A DNA stretch of 64,000 nucleotides from Gammaproteobacteria bacterium. Its GTDB lineage: Bacteria > Pseudomonadota > Gammaproteobacteria > DRLM01. The notes beneath the pieces were generated by a model that had not been told where the DNA came from, did no database searches, and worked only from the letters and a program-made list of their open reading frames with translations. Positions within the stretch are counted from its first letter, which is position 1; the number at the start of each line of letters is the position of its first letter. Position numbers and translations under genes: made by a program. The stretch lies in the NCBI GenBank assembly GCA_037381915.1, contig JARRQJ010000005.1, forward strand, positions 21,097-85,096, in the 5' to 3' direction. Shown here one piece after another: positions 39,107 to 50,139 of this stretch.

Positions 39107-39535
39107 GTTGCGACTGATGTTTGCTAAAGCTAGTCATATCCGGCGTTTCCGGAATTGGCGCGAAAATGACCATCGATTATTTTTTTGTAAAAACAAAACG
39201 TTACTAATTTCCGCATAGCTCTCCAGGCAAAACATCATAAACTTAGTTCATGATCTGTGTCGGCACCGGAATTGTGCATAAGACGGCTCTGAATCCAGCA
39301 CCATGCCCTGCGTTTGAGACACAGTGGGAAAAGCACGGGTCGCCCTGGCTAGGATCTGAGAGGCTTTAAGGATTTGCCAGGGGACGGAAAGTTAAGCGTT
39401 GTTTCAGGTCAAAACGGCATGATGAAGCTTAAAGACCGGCCGCGCTCTTTCGAGGAGATTAAATTTTCTGCATTTTTTTGGTGACGATGGGCTAAAGGCG
39501 TATGATGTGCAGGATTTGCTTCCTTAAAATCGAGC

Positions 39536-40468
39536 GTGAGCACGGAGCCTGATACGGCATTGATGAATTGGATACAATACAAATCCTTGGGAGCGGAGGC
39601 GCTGATTACGGAGCGATCTGCATCTTGGGTGTTGGTCTTGTGCGTGGTGTTGTTGGCCTATAGTGCCGCTCGTATTACTTGGATGGTGGTGCCGCTGCAG
39701 TCGGGTGGCGGCGCGGTTATGCCTCCCCGGCCTCTACCCACCCCCGCCCCAACGTCCCAGGGCGCGGACGCCCTTTCCATGAGCCGCGCCGTCGTCGCCC
39801 GGCATTTGTTTGGTGAGGCGCAAACTGCCGGCGCGACTCCGGGGCCCGCCGCCATTCCGGAGACGCAACTGAAGTTGGTGTTGCGCGGCGTCATGGCCTC
39901 TCCGGATGTGCACACCGCGACGGCGATTGTGGCGGACCCCAGTGGTCATGAGGACTTTTACACGGTGGGCAAGGAATTGCCCGGCGGCGCGGTCCTCAAG
40001 GAGGTGCACCCTCAGTATATTGTGTTGTCCCGGGGTGGGCGCCTGGAGACTCTGCGCTTGCCCACCGATGCCTTGCAGGTTGCCAATGGCGCGCCGCCGC
40101 CGTCCGTCGTCGCCAATACCGCCTCCAGCGGCGTCTCCCCTGAGGCGGGAGCGCTGATACGACGCTACCGTGATGAATTTATGAAGAATCCCCAAAGTCT
40201 CATTAACCTGTTCCAGGGGGAGCCCTATTGGCAAAACGGCCGCATGATCGGCTATCGCTTACGTCCGGGTCGCAATCCCGGCGTTCTGGAAAAATTCGGC
40301 ATACAACCGGGAGACGTGGTGACGACCGTAAACGGCGTGAGCTTGACCGATCCGTCAGGGAGAATGAAGCTGCTGCGCGATATAAACAGCGCAACGCAGA
40401 TTAACCTGAACGTGATCCGCCGCGGCAGCCCTGTCTCCATTTCCATACCCGTGGGCCGTCCGGGTTAA
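39536..40468 (+). CDS. gspC: Type II secretion system protein GspC
   Basis: N-terminal TM helix, Pro-rich linker and C-terminal PDZ domain (GYRLRPGRNPGVLEKFGIQPGDVVTTVNG). First gene of the gsp operon; the start could be M10 (39563). Confidence 0.8.
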   Translation: MSTEPDTALMNWIQYKSLGAEALITERSASWVLVLCVVLLAYSAARITWMVVPLQSGGGAVMPPRPLPTPAPTSQGADALSMSRAVVARHLFGEAQTAGATPGPAAIPETQLKLVLRGVMASPDVHTATAIVADPSGHEDFYTVGKELPGGAVLKEVHPQYIVLSRGGRLETLRLPTDALQVANGAPPPSVVANTASSGVSPEAGALIRRYRDEFMKNPQSLINLFQGEPYWQNGRMIGYRLRPGRNPGVLEKFGIQPGDVVTTVNGVSLTDPSGRMKLLRDINSATQINLNVIRRGSPVSISIPVGRPG

Positions 40469-40558
40469 AATGGCGGCCGGCAAGGATTGGAAGTGATGAA
40501 CATGACTACAGGCGATTCGGGATGGCCGTCGAAGGTCTTCGGTGAATTAGGATGACAA

Positions 40559-42589
40559 ATGCGCAAAAACATAAGCGATAAGAATTGCCTGGGTAAAACC
40601 TTGCGCTGGGTGATGGGGATCTATTTGTTGTTCCTGTCGGGTATTGTGCCGGCCTTCGCCGCGAATACGGTCACCTTGAATTTCAAGGATGCGGACATTG
40701 ACTCGGTGATCGGTTGGATGGCGGAACAGACCGGCAAGAACTTTGTGGTTGATCCGCGAGTCAAGAGCAAGGTCACCATTATTTCCGGCAAACCTCTCAA
40801 CAAAGACGAACTATATCAGGTCTTCCTGTCGGTCCTGCAGGTACATGGGTTTGCCGCGGTGCCCAGCGGCGAGGTCATCAAGATCGTGCCGGACATCAAC
40901 GCCAAACAAGACGGGGTGCCGGTGGGAGATGCCCGACACCCGGGGCGGGGCGACGAGGTGATCACCCGCGTCATTCCACTGGAAAACGTACCCGCCGCCC
41001 AGTTGGTGCCCATCCTGAGGCCCCTGATTCCCCAACAGGGGCATATGGTGGCCTATCCCCCCAGCAACGTTTTGATCATTTCCGACCATGCGGTAAATAT
41101 CGATCGTATCGCGAAGATCATCTCGCGGGTCGACGTGCCCAGTGCGGAAAACCAGGTGGAGGTCATTCACCTGCATCACGCCTCGGCGGTGGAGGTCGCG
41201 CGTATCCTCACCACCCTGGAACAGCAGAATCAGCGGAACGTCCAGAAACAAGGCGGGCATTTGGAGGGCAGGGCAACCATCATTGCCGATGAACGGACCA
41301 ACAGCATCCTGTTGGGCGGCGGTAAGACCAACCGCCTGCAAATCCGCGCGCTGGTCTCCAATCTCGACATCCCCTTGGAACGGGAAGGCAACATTCATGT
41401 GATCTATTTGCGCTACGCCAATGCCAAGGACCTGGTGCCGGTCCTCACCGGCATCGGACAAAGCGTGGTAAAGGAGGAGCAGGCGAAAAAGGGCGGCGCG
41501 GCGGCGAAGCGCCAATCCTCGTCACCGGCCTTCGATATCCAGGCCGACGAGAGTACAAACGCGCTGGTAATCACCGCGAGCCTGGAAGTGTTCCGTTCCC
41601 TGCGGGCGGTGATCCGTCAGTTGGATGTGCGCCGCGCACAGGTTCTGGTGGAAGGCATCATCGCCGAGATCTCTGTTAACAAGGCGGCGCAATTGGGTAT
41701 CCAATGGGCCGTGGACGCCACCCCCGGCGGTCATGGTCCAATCGGTTTCACCAATTTCGCCAGCGGTACCGGTTCCAGCTTGGGTGAGATCGCCGCTGCG
41801 GCGGTGAGCGGCACCGTGACATCGGTGCCGGAAGGCTTGAGCCTCGGTGTCGGACGCTTTAACAGTAACAACATCAATTTTGGCGCCCTGCTTCGCGCCC
41901 TGCGAGGCGACGGATCCACCAATGTGTTGTCCACCCCCACCCTGCTGACCTTGGATAATCAAGAGGCGGAGATCGTCGTCGGCCAGAACGTGCCGTTTGT
42001 GACCGGCTCTTATTCCAGTGTGAGCAACGCCAACACGGTGTCCAATCCCTTCCAGACGATCCAGCGGCAAAACGTCGGTATCGATCTCAAGGTCAAGCCT
42101 CAGATCAACGAAGGTAATACCATCAAGCTGGATGTGGAACAAAAGGTGGACAGCTTGGCAGCCAGCTCCGCGGGCGCGGCGGATCTGATCACCAATACCC
42201 GCTCCATCAAGACCACGGTGCTGGTGGACGACGGCCAGGTGGTGGTATTGGGCGGGCTGATCAAGAATGATCTTAAGGAGAGCGAGCAAAAGGTGCCGGG
42301 GCTGGGCGATCTCCCCCTCATAGGCGGATTATTCCGTTATAAAACCTCCACCAAGGACAAGACCGATCTCATGGTGTTCCTGCACCCCGTGATCATGCGC
42401 GACGAGCAGCTGTTGGCCAACGTCTCCGGCGACAAATATAATTATATTCGCGCCAAGGAACTGGCCTTGCGGGAGAAAGGCGTATCCTTGCTGCCCGATG
42501 AAAGTACCCCTCTGATGCGCCCCTTGGACGAATTACGTGAATTGCCCGCACCCTTTAGCAACAACCCGCCGCCCCCGGCCAAACCTTAA
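40559..42589 (+). CDS. gspD: T2SS secretin GspD
   Basis: N0-N3 domains plus a secretin core (VPFVTGSY...[10 protein letters not shown]...[15 protein letters not shown]). Confidence 0.95.
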   Translation: MRKNISDKNCLGKTLRWVMGIYLLFLSGIVPAFAANTVTLNFKDADIDSVIGWMAEQTGKNFVVDPRVKSKVTIISGKPLNKDELYQVFLSVLQVHGFAAVPSGEVIKIVPDINAKQDGVPVGDARHPGRGDEVITRVIPLENVPAAQLVPILRPLIPQQGHMVAYPPSNVLIISDHAVNIDRIAKIISRVDVPSAENQVEVIHLHHASAVEVARILTTLEQQNQRNVQKQGGHLEGRATIIADERTNSILLGGGKTNRLQIRALVSNLDIPLEREGNIHVIYLRYANAKDLVPVLTGIGQSVVKEEQAKKGGAAAKRQSSSPAFDIQADESTNALVITASLEVFRSLRAVIRQLDVRRAQVLVEGIIAEISVNKAAQLGIQWAVDATPGGHGPIGFTNFASGTGSSLGEIAAAAVSGTVTSVPEGLSLGVGRFNSNNINFGALLRALRGDGSTNVLSTPTLLTLDNQEAEIVVGQNVPFVTGSYSSVSNANTVSNPFQTIQRQNVGIDLKVKPQINEGNTIKLDVEQKVDSLAASSAGAADLITNTRSIKTTVLVDDGQVVVLGGLIKNDLKESEQKVPGLGDLPLIGGLFRYKTSTKDKTDLMVFLHPVIMRDEQLLANVSGDKYNYIRAKELALREKGVSLLPDESTPLMRPLDELRELPAPFSNNPPPPAKP

Positions 42590-42597
42590 GCTCGATC

Positions 42598-44136
42598 TTG
42601 AGCCCCGCAGCCATGTCAAACGAGATTGCTCAGCAGGTCAGTGTGGAGTCGACACCGCCCCCGGTGGAGGAACGGCGTTTGCCCTTCGCCTACGCCAAAC
42701 GGCACGGCGTGCTGGTTAATCGCTGGGAGAACGGTCACGCCGTGGTGTGGTGTCGCCCCGATGTGGACAGCCAGGTGATCACCGAGGTGCGCCGTCATCT
42801 GGGCGCGCCGGTGCGGCTGGAACCCCTTGAGCTGGACAAGTTCGATTATCAGTTGCGCCAGGCCTACGAACAGGGTTCCTCCGAGGCCATGGAGATCATG
42901 GAGGACATGGGAGATGACGAGGATCTGTCCAGTATCGCCCAGCAACTTCCGGAACCGGAGGATCTGCTGGAAAGCGAGGACGACGCCCCTATCATCCGCC
43001 TGCTCAACGCCCTGTTGACCCAGGCGGTGAAGGAGAACGCCTCCGATATACACATCGAGCCTTATGAACATCGGCTGGTGGTGCGCTATCGTGTCGACGG
43101 CGTGTTGCGTGAGGTCTTGGAGCCGCGGCGGGTGCTGGCGCCTCTCATCACCTCGCGCATCAAGGTCATGGCCAAACTGGATATCGCCGAAAAACGCCTG
43201 CCGCAGGACGGCCGCATCTCCCTGCGCATCGCCGGGCGGCCGGTGGACGTGCGCGTCTCCACCATCCCCTCGGGGCACGGCGAACGGGTGGTGTTGCGCC
43301 TGCTGGATAAACAGGCGGGGCGCCTCGATCTGGAGCATCTCGGGATGGCCCCCGATGCCCTGACGCTGATGGACCAGATCATCCGCCGTCCCCACGGCAT
43401 CGTGCTGGTCACCGGTCCCACCGGTTCGGGCAAGACCACCACCCTGTACGCGGCGCTTATCCGGCTCAACGACCGTTTGCGCAATATTATGACCGTGGAA
43501 GATCCCATCGAATATTATCTGGACGGCATCAGCCAGACCCACGTCAACACCCGGGTGGAGATGACCTTCGCACGCGGTCTGCGCGCCATCCTGCGCCAGG
43601 ACCCGGATATCGTCATGGTGGGCGAGATCCGCGACCTGGATACCGCCGAGATCGCCGTGCAGGCCAGTCTCACCGGTCACCTGGTGCTGTCCACCCTGCA
43701 TACCAACAGCGCCGTGGGCGCGGTGACCCGTTTGCGCGATATGGGGGTGGAACCGTTTCTGCTGTCGTCCAGCCTGATCGGCGTCTTGGCGCAACGCTTG
43801 GTGCGTTTGTTGTGCCCGCAGTGCAAAAAGCCCTATGTCCCCCCCGCCACGGATTGCCAGCGCTTCGGTTTCGCCGTGGATAAGCCACCCACCCTCTATA
43901 CTGCCGGCGGTTGTCCCACGTGCAATCAATCCGGCTACAGCGGCCGCACCGGGATCTATGAGCTGCTGGAGGTGGACGAGAAGATGCGCGGCATGATTCA
44001 CGACGGCGCCGGCGAACAGGAGCTCGAGGCCTACGCCCATGCGCGTTATCGCGGCCTGTTCCAGGACGGGATGCGGCGTGTGTTGGCGGGTGATACCTCC
44101 CTGGAGGAAGTGTTGCGCGTCACCCACGAGGGCTAA
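42598..44136 (+). CDS. gspE: T2SS ATPase GspE
   Basis: Walker [10 protein letters not shown], Asp/His boxes and a tetracysteine motif (CPQC...CPTC). Confidence 0.95.
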   Translation: MSPAAMSNEIAQQVSVESTPPPVEERRLPFAYAKRHGVLVNRWENGHAVVWCRPDVDSQVITEVRRHLGAPVRLEPLELDKFDYQLRQAYEQGSSEAMEIMEDMGDDEDLSSIAQQLPEPEDLLESEDDAPIIRLLNALLTQAVKENASDIHIEPYEHRLVVRYRVDGVLREVLEPRRVLAPLITSRIKVMAKLDIAEKRLPQDGRISLRIAGRPVDVRVSTIPSGHGERVVLRLLDKQAGRLDLEHLGMAPDALTLMDQIIRRPHGIVLVTGPTGSGKTTTLYAALIRLNDRLRNIMTVEDPIEYYLDGISQTHVNTRVEMTFARGLRAILRQDPDIVMVGEIRDLDTAEIAVQASLTGHLVLSTLHTNSAVGAVTRLRDMGVEPFLLSSSLIGVLAQRLVRLLCPQCKKPYVPPATDCQRFGFAVDKPPTLYTAGGCPTCNQSGYSGRTGIYELLEVDEKMRGMIHDGAGEQELEAYAHARYRGLFQDGMRRVLAGDTSLEEVLRVTHEG

Positions 44137-44139
44137 ACG

Positions 44140-45357
44140 GTGGGCGCCTTCGAATTCACCGCATTGGACGAAGGGGGTCGGGAGCGCAAAGGCGTGCTCG
44201 AGGCGGACACGCCGCGCCAGATCCGCCAGCAGTTGCGGGAAAAGGGCTGGGCGCCGCTGGCGGTGGCGGAGGTGAAGCAACAGGAGGCACGGCGTCAGAT
44301 CAGTTCCCCGCTGTTGCGGCGGCGCATCAGTGCCGTGGATCTGGCTCTCATCACCCGCCAGTTCGCCACCTTGATCCGCTCGGGCCTGCCGGTGGAGGAG
44401 GCCTTACAGACCCTGTCCCGCCAGACCGAGAAACCGCGCCTCAAAAGCCTGTTGATGGCAGTGCGGTCGCGGGTCATGGAAGGGCATGCCCTGGCGACGG
44501 CCTTCGAGGACTTTCCCCACGTGTTTCCCGACCTCTACCGTGCCACGGTGGCGGCGGGAGAGCAGTCCGGTTATCTCGACGCTGTATTGGAGCGGCTGGC
44601 GGACTACACGGAAAGCCGTCAGACATTGCAGCAAAAGACCATGCTCGCCTTGATCTACCCCTTGATCGTGATGGGCGTGTCCTTGCTGGTGGTGGTGTTC
44701 TTGATGGTCTACGTGGTGCCGGAGATCGTCCAGGTGTTCGAAGGTATCGGGCAGAAACTGCCCCTGTTGACCCGCAGTCTGATCGCCACCAGCGACTTCA
44801 TCCGCGATAACGGCATCGTGCTGTTGGTGGGGATTGCGGCAGCGGTGGCAGCGCTACGCGCGCTACTGCGCCGCAGCGGGCCGAAACGGCAGCTTCATCG
44901 TATTCTATTAGGCTTGCCCATGATCGGGCGCCTGGTGCGGGGCTTGAATACCGCGCGTTTCGCACGGACCTTGAGCATCCTGACCGGCAGCGGCGTGCCG
45001 GTGCTGGAGGCCTTGCGTATCTCGGCCACCGTGGTGGGCAATCTACCCATGCGCGCGGCGGTGGAGGAGGGGGCGCGGCGAGTGCGGGAAGGGGCCGCTT
45101 TGCATACCGCCTTGGAACACAGCGGCTATTTCCCGCCCATGACGGTCCATCTGATCGCCAGCGGGGAGTCCAGCGGCAAGCTGGATGAGATGCTGGAGCG
45201 AGCGGCGGCCTCGCAGGAACGGGAGATGGAGGTGTTGGTCACCACCATTACCGAATTGTTCGGGCCGCTGTTGATTTTGGTCATGGGCGGCATTGTGCTG
45301 GTGATCGTGTTGGCGATCCTGCTGCCTATCTTCGATTTGAATCAGCTGGTGAAATGA
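44140..45357 (+). CDS. gspF: T2SS inner-membrane platform protein GspF
   Basis: Two GspF-type repeats, 3 TM helices. Confidence 0.95.
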   Translation: MGAFEFTALDEGGRERKGVLEADTPRQIRQQLREKGWAPLAVAEVKQQEARRQISSPLLRRRISAVDLALITRQFATLIRSGLPVEEALQTLSRQTEKPRLKSLLMAVRSRVMEGHALATAFEDFPHVFPDLYRATVAAGEQSGYLDAVLERLADYTESRQTLQQKTMLALIYPLIVMGVSLLVVVFLMVYVVPEIVQVFEGIGQKLPLLTRSLIATSDFIRDNGIVLLVGIAAAVAALRALLRRSGPKRQLHRILLGLPMIGRLVRGLNTARFARTLSILTGSGVPVLEALRISATVVGNLPMRAAVEEGARRVREGAALHTALEHSGYFPPMTVHLIASGESSGKLDEMLERAAASQEREMEVLVTTITELFGPLLILVMGGIVLVIVLAILLPIFDLNQLVK

Positions 45358-45466
45358 GGGGTTGCGGCGGCGAACGATACGCAAAGTGCGACCGCGGTGA
45401 TATAGGGATTAGTTTTCAATGTGAGAGATGGTAACCATGATGATGTCCGTAAACAGATCCAAATTA

Positions 45467-45898
45467 ATGCGGCCCCCGCGGGCTCGCGATGAGCAAGGCT
45501 TTACCCTGATCGAGGTCATGGTCGTGGTGGTGATACTCAGTATTCTCGCCGCGATCATCGTGCCGCGCATCATGGATCGACCCGAAAAGGCCCGTATCGT
45601 CAAGGCTAAGGCCGATATCCGCTCCTTGGAGAGCGCCCTCAACCTCTACAGATTGGATAACCATAATTATCCCACGACCGATGAGGGGCTGGAGGCGCTG
45701 GTGCAAAAACCCAAGGATGCGCCGAGCTGGAAGGAAGGCGGCTACCTCGACCGCCTTCCCAAGGATCCCTGGGGGCGGCCCTATCAGTATCTCAATCCCG
45801 GCGCCCACGGCAACATCGACATCTTCAGTCTGGGGGCCGACGGCCAGCCGGGAGGAGACGGCAAGGATGCGGACATCGGCAACTGGATGCTTGAGTAG
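45467..45898 (+). CDS. gspG: T2SS major pseudopilin GspG
   Basis: Prepilin leader then G/FTLIEVMVVVVIL. The ORF track start is 45428; the shorter leader start is preferred. Confidence 0.9.
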   Translation: MRPPRARDEQGFTLIEVMVVVVILSILAAIIVPRIMDRPEKARIVKAKADIRSLESALNLYRLDNHNYPTTDEGLEALVQKPKDAPSWKEGGYLDRLPKDPWGRPYQYLNPGAHGNIDIFSLGADGQPGGDGKDADIGNWMLE

Positions 45899-45910
45899 CG
45901 GTTTTGCTTT

Positions 45911-46450
45911 GTGATTACCCGCCAGTGCCTCGCCTGGAAAAGGGCAGATACCCCGTCACGCGGCTTCACCTTGCTGGAAGTGTTGGTGGTGGTGATCATC
46001 ATCGGCGTGGTCATCAGTTTCGCGGTACTGTCGATCAACAGCGACGATAAGACCTTGGAAGAGGATGCGCGGCGTCTCGAGGCGTTGATCAAATTGACGG
46101 GTCAGGAAGCGGTATTGCAGAGTACCGAATTGGCGCTGCAATTTGATGACGGCGGTTACGAGTTCCTGGCATACGACGGGAAAAAGTGGCAACCCATCAC
46201 GGACGATGAAATATTGCGGCCGCGTAAACTGCCCGACAACGTCGCTGTGGACTACGAGCCCGAAGGGCAGAAGGTGACGCTGAAGGGCATGGATGAGGAG
46301 GCGAAGCCGCCGCGCATCTATTTCTTTTCCAGCGGCGAGATGACGCCATTTCGTTTAAGCCTGCATCGCCGCGGTGAACTGGATGGTTATGTCTTGACCG
46401 GCAGCGCACGGGGCAAGACCGAATTGCGCGGAACGGGCGATGGCGGATAA
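45911..46450 (+). CDS. gspH: T2SS minor pseudopilin GspH
   Basis: RGFTLLEVLVVVIII prepilin motif; GTG start. Confidence 0.85.
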   Translation: MITRQCLAWKRADTPSRGFTLLEVLVVVIIIGVVISFAVLSINSDDKTLEEDARRLEALIKLTGQEAVLQSTELALQFDDGGYEFLAYDGKKWQPITDDEILRPRKLPDNVAVDYEPEGQKVTLKGMDEEAKPPRIYFFSSGEMTPFRLSLHRRGELDGYVLTGSARGKTELRGTGDGG

Positions 46451-46865
46451 CGCAAACTCTCGGCAGCGCGCCGCTGGATTCACGCTGGTCGAGATTCTGG
46501 TGGCCTTGGCGATCTTGGCTATCGCGGTGGCCGCAGTGGTGGCGGCGGTGAGCGCCAACGTCAGCAACGCCGCCTATTTGCGGGATCGTACGCTCGCCCA
46601 TTGGGTGGCCATGAATAAGGTCGCCGAGATGCAGGTGGACGGTGATTGGCCGTCGCCGGGAACGAAGCACGGTGACAGCCTCATGGCCGAGCAGAAGTGG
46701 TCATGGCAGATCACCGTGTCCACCACGGATGACAAGGATGTGCGCCGGCTCGACGTGGACGTCTACGGCGACAAGGGCCAGAAAGATGTGCTGGCCACCC
46801 TGGTGGCGTATGTGGGGCGTTCTACCCAGAGCAACGCCGCCGCCACGGGCACGGTGGCGCGATGA
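46440..46865 (+). CDS. gspI: T2SS minor pseudopilin GspI
   Basis: AGFTLVEILVALAIL. Confidence 0.85.
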   Translation: MADNANSRQRAAGFTLVEILVALAILAIAVAAVVAAVSANVSNAAYLRDRTLAHWVAMNKVAEMQVDGDWPSPGTKHGDSLMAEQKWSWQITVSTTDDKDVRRLDVDVYGDKGQKDVLATLVAYVGRSTQSNAAATGTVAR

Positions 46866-47482
46866 ACGGGCGATGGCGCAGCAAGGGTTTTACCCTGCTG
46901 GAATTGCTGGTGTCCCTGGCCATCTTTGCAATCCTGGCGACCATGGCCTATACGGCCCTCAATACGGTGATGAACGCGCGCAAAGAAGTGGAGAAGCGCG
47001 CGGCGCGCCTCACCGAGCTGCAAACCGCGTTCATGGCCATGGAGCGTGATATCGAGGAGGCGGTGGCCAGGCCGGTGCGCGATGACCTGGGCGATGAGCA
47101 GCCCGCGCTCAAGGGCGGCGGGGTGGGCACCAACGTCCTGATGTTGACGCGCACCGGTTGGCGCAATCCCTTGGGTGTGGCGCGCAGCGACCTGCAGCGC
47201 GTGGCCTACGGGTTTACCAACCATCAGCTGTTGCGGGAGAGCTGGGGTACCTTGGATCGCGGCCCCGGGAACGAGCCCTACCAGGAGGTGCTGATAAACG
47301 GCGTGTCGGCAGTGGATGTAAGGTTTCTGGGGCAGGACCGCCAATGGCTGGGATACTGGCCGCCCGAGTCCAACATCGCTGCGCAGAACCCAGACCTGGC
47401 GCAAATGCCGCTGGCGGTTGAAATCAGCGTGGATGTGAAGGGCTGGGGTAGGATAGTGCGCCTGTTCCGTGTCCCGGGATGA
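46862..47482 (+). CDS. gspJ: T2SS minor pseudopilin GspJ
   Basis: KGFTLLELLVSLAIF. Confidence 0.85.
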   Translation: MNGRWRSKGFTLLELLVSLAIFAILATMAYTALNTVMNARKEVEKRAARLTELQTAFMAMERDIEEAVARPVRDDLGDEQPALKGGGVGTNVLMLTRTGWRNPLGVARSDLQRVAYGFTNHQLLRESWGTLDRGPGNEPYQEVLINGVSAVDVRFLGQDRQWLGYWPPESNIAAQNPDLAQMPLAVEISVDVKGWGRIVRLFRVPG

Positions 47483-47509
47483 GGCATAGAGAATGCGACC
47501 GACAAAAGT

Positions 47510-48448
47510 ATGAGATACTCATTATCCACAAGGCGGCACAATCAAGGGGTGGCGTTGATCACCGCGGTGTTGATCACCGCCGCCATCGCCATCGCGGCGG
47601 TCGCGATGGCGGCGCAGCAGAACCTGGACGTGCGGCGCACCGCCAATATAATCAACGGCGACCGCTCCTACGTGTTCGCCTTGGGGGTGGAAAGCTGGGC
47701 GACGCAAATACTGATGCGGGACCGGCGCGATAACAAGACCGACAATTTGCATGAGGACTGGGCGTCGCAACTTCCCCCCATCACTGTAGAGGGTGCAGTG
47801 GTAAGCGGACATATCGAAGACATGCAAGGGCGATTCAACCTCAATAATCTGATTAAGGACGGCAAGATCAGCGCCTTGGACATGCGGCGCTTTCAGCGTT
47901 TGCTGGTTATCTTGGGGCTGGATCCCAATCTTGCCGACGCCGTGGTGGATTGGATCGATCCCGATAGTGACATCACCCAGCCGGCCGGCGCCGAGGATCC
48001 CCAGTACCTGCGTGCCGACGTCCCTTACCGGGCGGCGAATCGTCCCTTCGTGAGTCCCAGCGAATTAGTACTGGTACAGGGTTTCAGCAGCGACGTCTAT
48101 CAGAAGCTGGCGCCTTTCATTTGCGCCTTGCCGGTGCGTACCACGATCAATGTCAACACCGCCCCCAAGGAGGTGCTCATGGCCTTGGCGGACAAAATCA
48201 CCGAGGATGATGCGCAGCAATTGATCGACGGGCGCGGGGATAAAGGCTATGCCAGCGTCGACGCCTTTCGTCAGGAGAAGGTTTTGGCGGGAAGCGGCCT
48301 CAAAGCGGATGGCTTGAGTGTGGCCTCGGACTATTTCTTACTGGACGCGGCGACCAAATTCGATCGGGCGCAAACCCACTTGTATAGTCTGCTGGCGCGG
48401 AGCGACACCGGCATTAGGGTCATTTACAGAGGACAGGGGGCTTTCTAG
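47510..48448 (+). CDS. gspK: T2SS minor pseudopilin GspK
   Basis: GVALITAVLITAAIAIAA; about 300-aa GspK-like protein. Confidence 0.85.
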   Translation: MRYSLSTRRHNQGVALITAVLITAAIAIAAVAMAAQQNLDVRRTANIINGDRSYVFALGVESWATQILMRDRRDNKTDNLHEDWASQLPPITVEGAVVSGHIEDMQGRFNLNNLIKDGKISALDMRRFQRLLVILGLDPNLADAVVDWIDPDSDITQPAGAEDPQYLRADVPYRAANRPFVSPSELVLVQGFSSDVYQKLAPFICALPVRTTINVNTAPKEVLMALADKITEDDAQQLIDGRGDKGYASVDAFRQEKVLAGSGLKADGLSVASDYFLLDAATKFDRAQTHLYSLLARSDTGIRVIYRGQGAF

Positions 48449-49657
48449 GTGCGGGAGAATCTTTTCTTACGCCTCGGCGCGTCTGGGCGAGTGACGTGGC
48501 TGAAGGAAAGCGAACCCGGCCAGGTCTACGAGGGTACGCTCGCCGAGGCCGCCGCCGCTGCGGCAGGCAGGCAAGTCATCGCGATGGTCCCCGGTACTGA
48601 CGTCATATTGACCAGAGTCGCCGTCCCCACCCGTAACCGCAACCGCATGGCCGCGGCGGTGCCCTATCTCCTCGAGGAGCAACTGGCCGCCGACGTGGAC
48701 GACTCCCATTTTGCCTTGGGGGAGCGTGACGCCGAAGGTCGGGTGGCCGTAGCAGTGGTGAGCCAGGCGCGCATGGATGCCTGGCTGGCGCTCCTCGCCG
48801 AAGTCGGGATACAGGCGGACAAGCTTATCCCCGAGACCCTCTTGCTACCCTACCAATCCGATGCATGGAGCCTGCTGGTGGAGCCCGATTGCGTCACCCT
48901 GCGTAACCAGCCCCAGGGCGGGATGGCCATGGACAGCGCCAATGCGGCCTTCCTTCTGCGGCGCGCTTTGGCGGAAACGGACCTCGCCCCCGCACAACTG
49001 CATGCCTGGGTCGCCGGGGACGCGGCGGATACCACGATGTTCTCCGATGATCTGGGAGTAGCGGTGCGGATTGAGCCCCTGGCTGTTCCGCCCTTGGCGT
49101 TTTTGGCGCAACAGGCGCAGGCGGAATCCAGCATCGATCTGTTGCAGGGCGCCTATAGTCGACGCGAACAACTGGGCAAGTTGTGGCGGCCGTGGCGGCC
49201 CGTGGCGGCGCTATTGGCGGTGTGGGTGGTCCTGCAGTTCGGCGTCAAGATCTTTCAGCACCACGAGCTGCAACGGCAGGAGCAGCAGTTGCGCGAGGAA
49301 ATCAGCCGGATTTATCTGCAGACCTTCCCCGAGGCGAAGCGGGTCGTCAATGCGCGGCTGCAGATGCAGCAGCACCTTGATGAGTTGCGCGGCGGCACGG
49401 GCAACGTGGGTGAGTTCCTCACCCTCCTTGACCAGATAAGCGGGCCGACCACCGATCTCGGCGGGGTGGAGATCGATCGCCTCAGCTATAAGCAAGGCGA
49501 GTTGAATGTCGCCCTGATGATCTCCGATCTGCAGCGCTTGGAACAACTCAAAGACCGTTTGAGCGGCGGCGGGCGATTGTCCGTGGAGATCCAGTCCGCT
49601 ACGGCGCGCAACGATCGTGTTGAAGCCCACTTGCAAATCAAGCGGGGGCGCTCATGA
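48449..49657 (+). CDS. gspL: T2SS inner-membrane protein GspL
   Basis: Cytoplasmic actin-like domain, single TM, periplasmic domain. Confidence 0.85.
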   Translation: MRENLFLRLGASGRVTWLKESEPGQVYEGTLAEAAAAAAGRQVIAMVPGTDVILTRVAVPTRNRNRMAAAVPYLLEEQLAADVDDSHFALGERDAEGRVAVAVVSQARMDAWLALLAEVGIQADKLIPETLLLPYQSDAWSLLVEPDCVTLRNQPQGGMAMDSANAAFLLRRALAETDLAPAQLHAWVAGDAADTTMFSDDLGVAVRIEPLAVPPLAFLAQQAQAESSIDLLQGAYSRREQLGKLWRPWRPVAALLAVWVVLQFGVKIFQHHELQRQEQQLREEISRIYLQTFPEAKRVVNARLQMQQHLDELRGGTGNVGEFLTLLDQISGPTTDLGGVEIDRLSYKQGELNVALMISDLQRLEQLKDRLSGGGRLSVEIQSATARNDRVEAHLQIKRGRS

Positions 49658-50139
49658 AGGAGTGGTTCAACGCTTTGGCGCCCCGCGAGCGGCTTATGGT
49701 GAGCATCGCTGCCGCCGTCGTCGTGTTGGCCCTGGTTTATGCCGCGGCCTGGAGCCCCTTGACGTCGTCCGTCGACCACTTGGAGCAATCCGTAACAGAA
49801 GAGCAGGCCCTCAAGCAATGGATGCAGCAATCGGCCGCCGAGGTGAATCGCCTGCGTCATGCCGGAGGGGGTGCCGGCGGTGACCATCGTTCCCTGCTGG
49901 CGGTGGTGGATCAGACTTCCAAGCAATCAAAAGTGGCGCCGGCTGTGAAACGCATCGAGCCCGACGGCCAGACATTGGTGCGCGTTACCCTGGAGAAGGC
50001 CGCGTTCGATGACTTGGTGACATGGCTGGGGAGTCTGCAGCGCGACTTCGCCGTGAGCGTCGCCGATGTTTCCATCGACCGTCAGGCCGACAGCGGTCTG
50101 GTTAATGTCCACCTTACCCTCAAGAGGGGTGAGCAGTGA
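49654..50139 (+). CDS. gspM: T2SS protein GspM
   Basis: Short TM-anchored protein overlapping gspL and gspN. Confidence 0.8.
   Translation: MKEWFNALAPRERLMVSIAAAVVVLALVYAAAWSPLTSSVDHLEQSVTEEQALKQWMQQSAAEVNRLRHAGGGAGGDHRSLLAVVDQTSKQSKVAPAVKRIEPDGQTLVRVTLEKAAFDDLVTWLGSLQRDFAVSVADVSIDRQADSGLVNVHLTLKRGEQ

Noticed and set aside
38850-39535. Possibility that the DnaA-box/AT-rich region is the chromosomal origin oriC
   Set aside because: Only three boxes are present, and no dnaA, dnaN, gidA or mioC gene flanks the region (polA and gsp genes do). It is more consistent with a DnaA-regulated promoter or titration site. Kept as a finding at moderate interest only.
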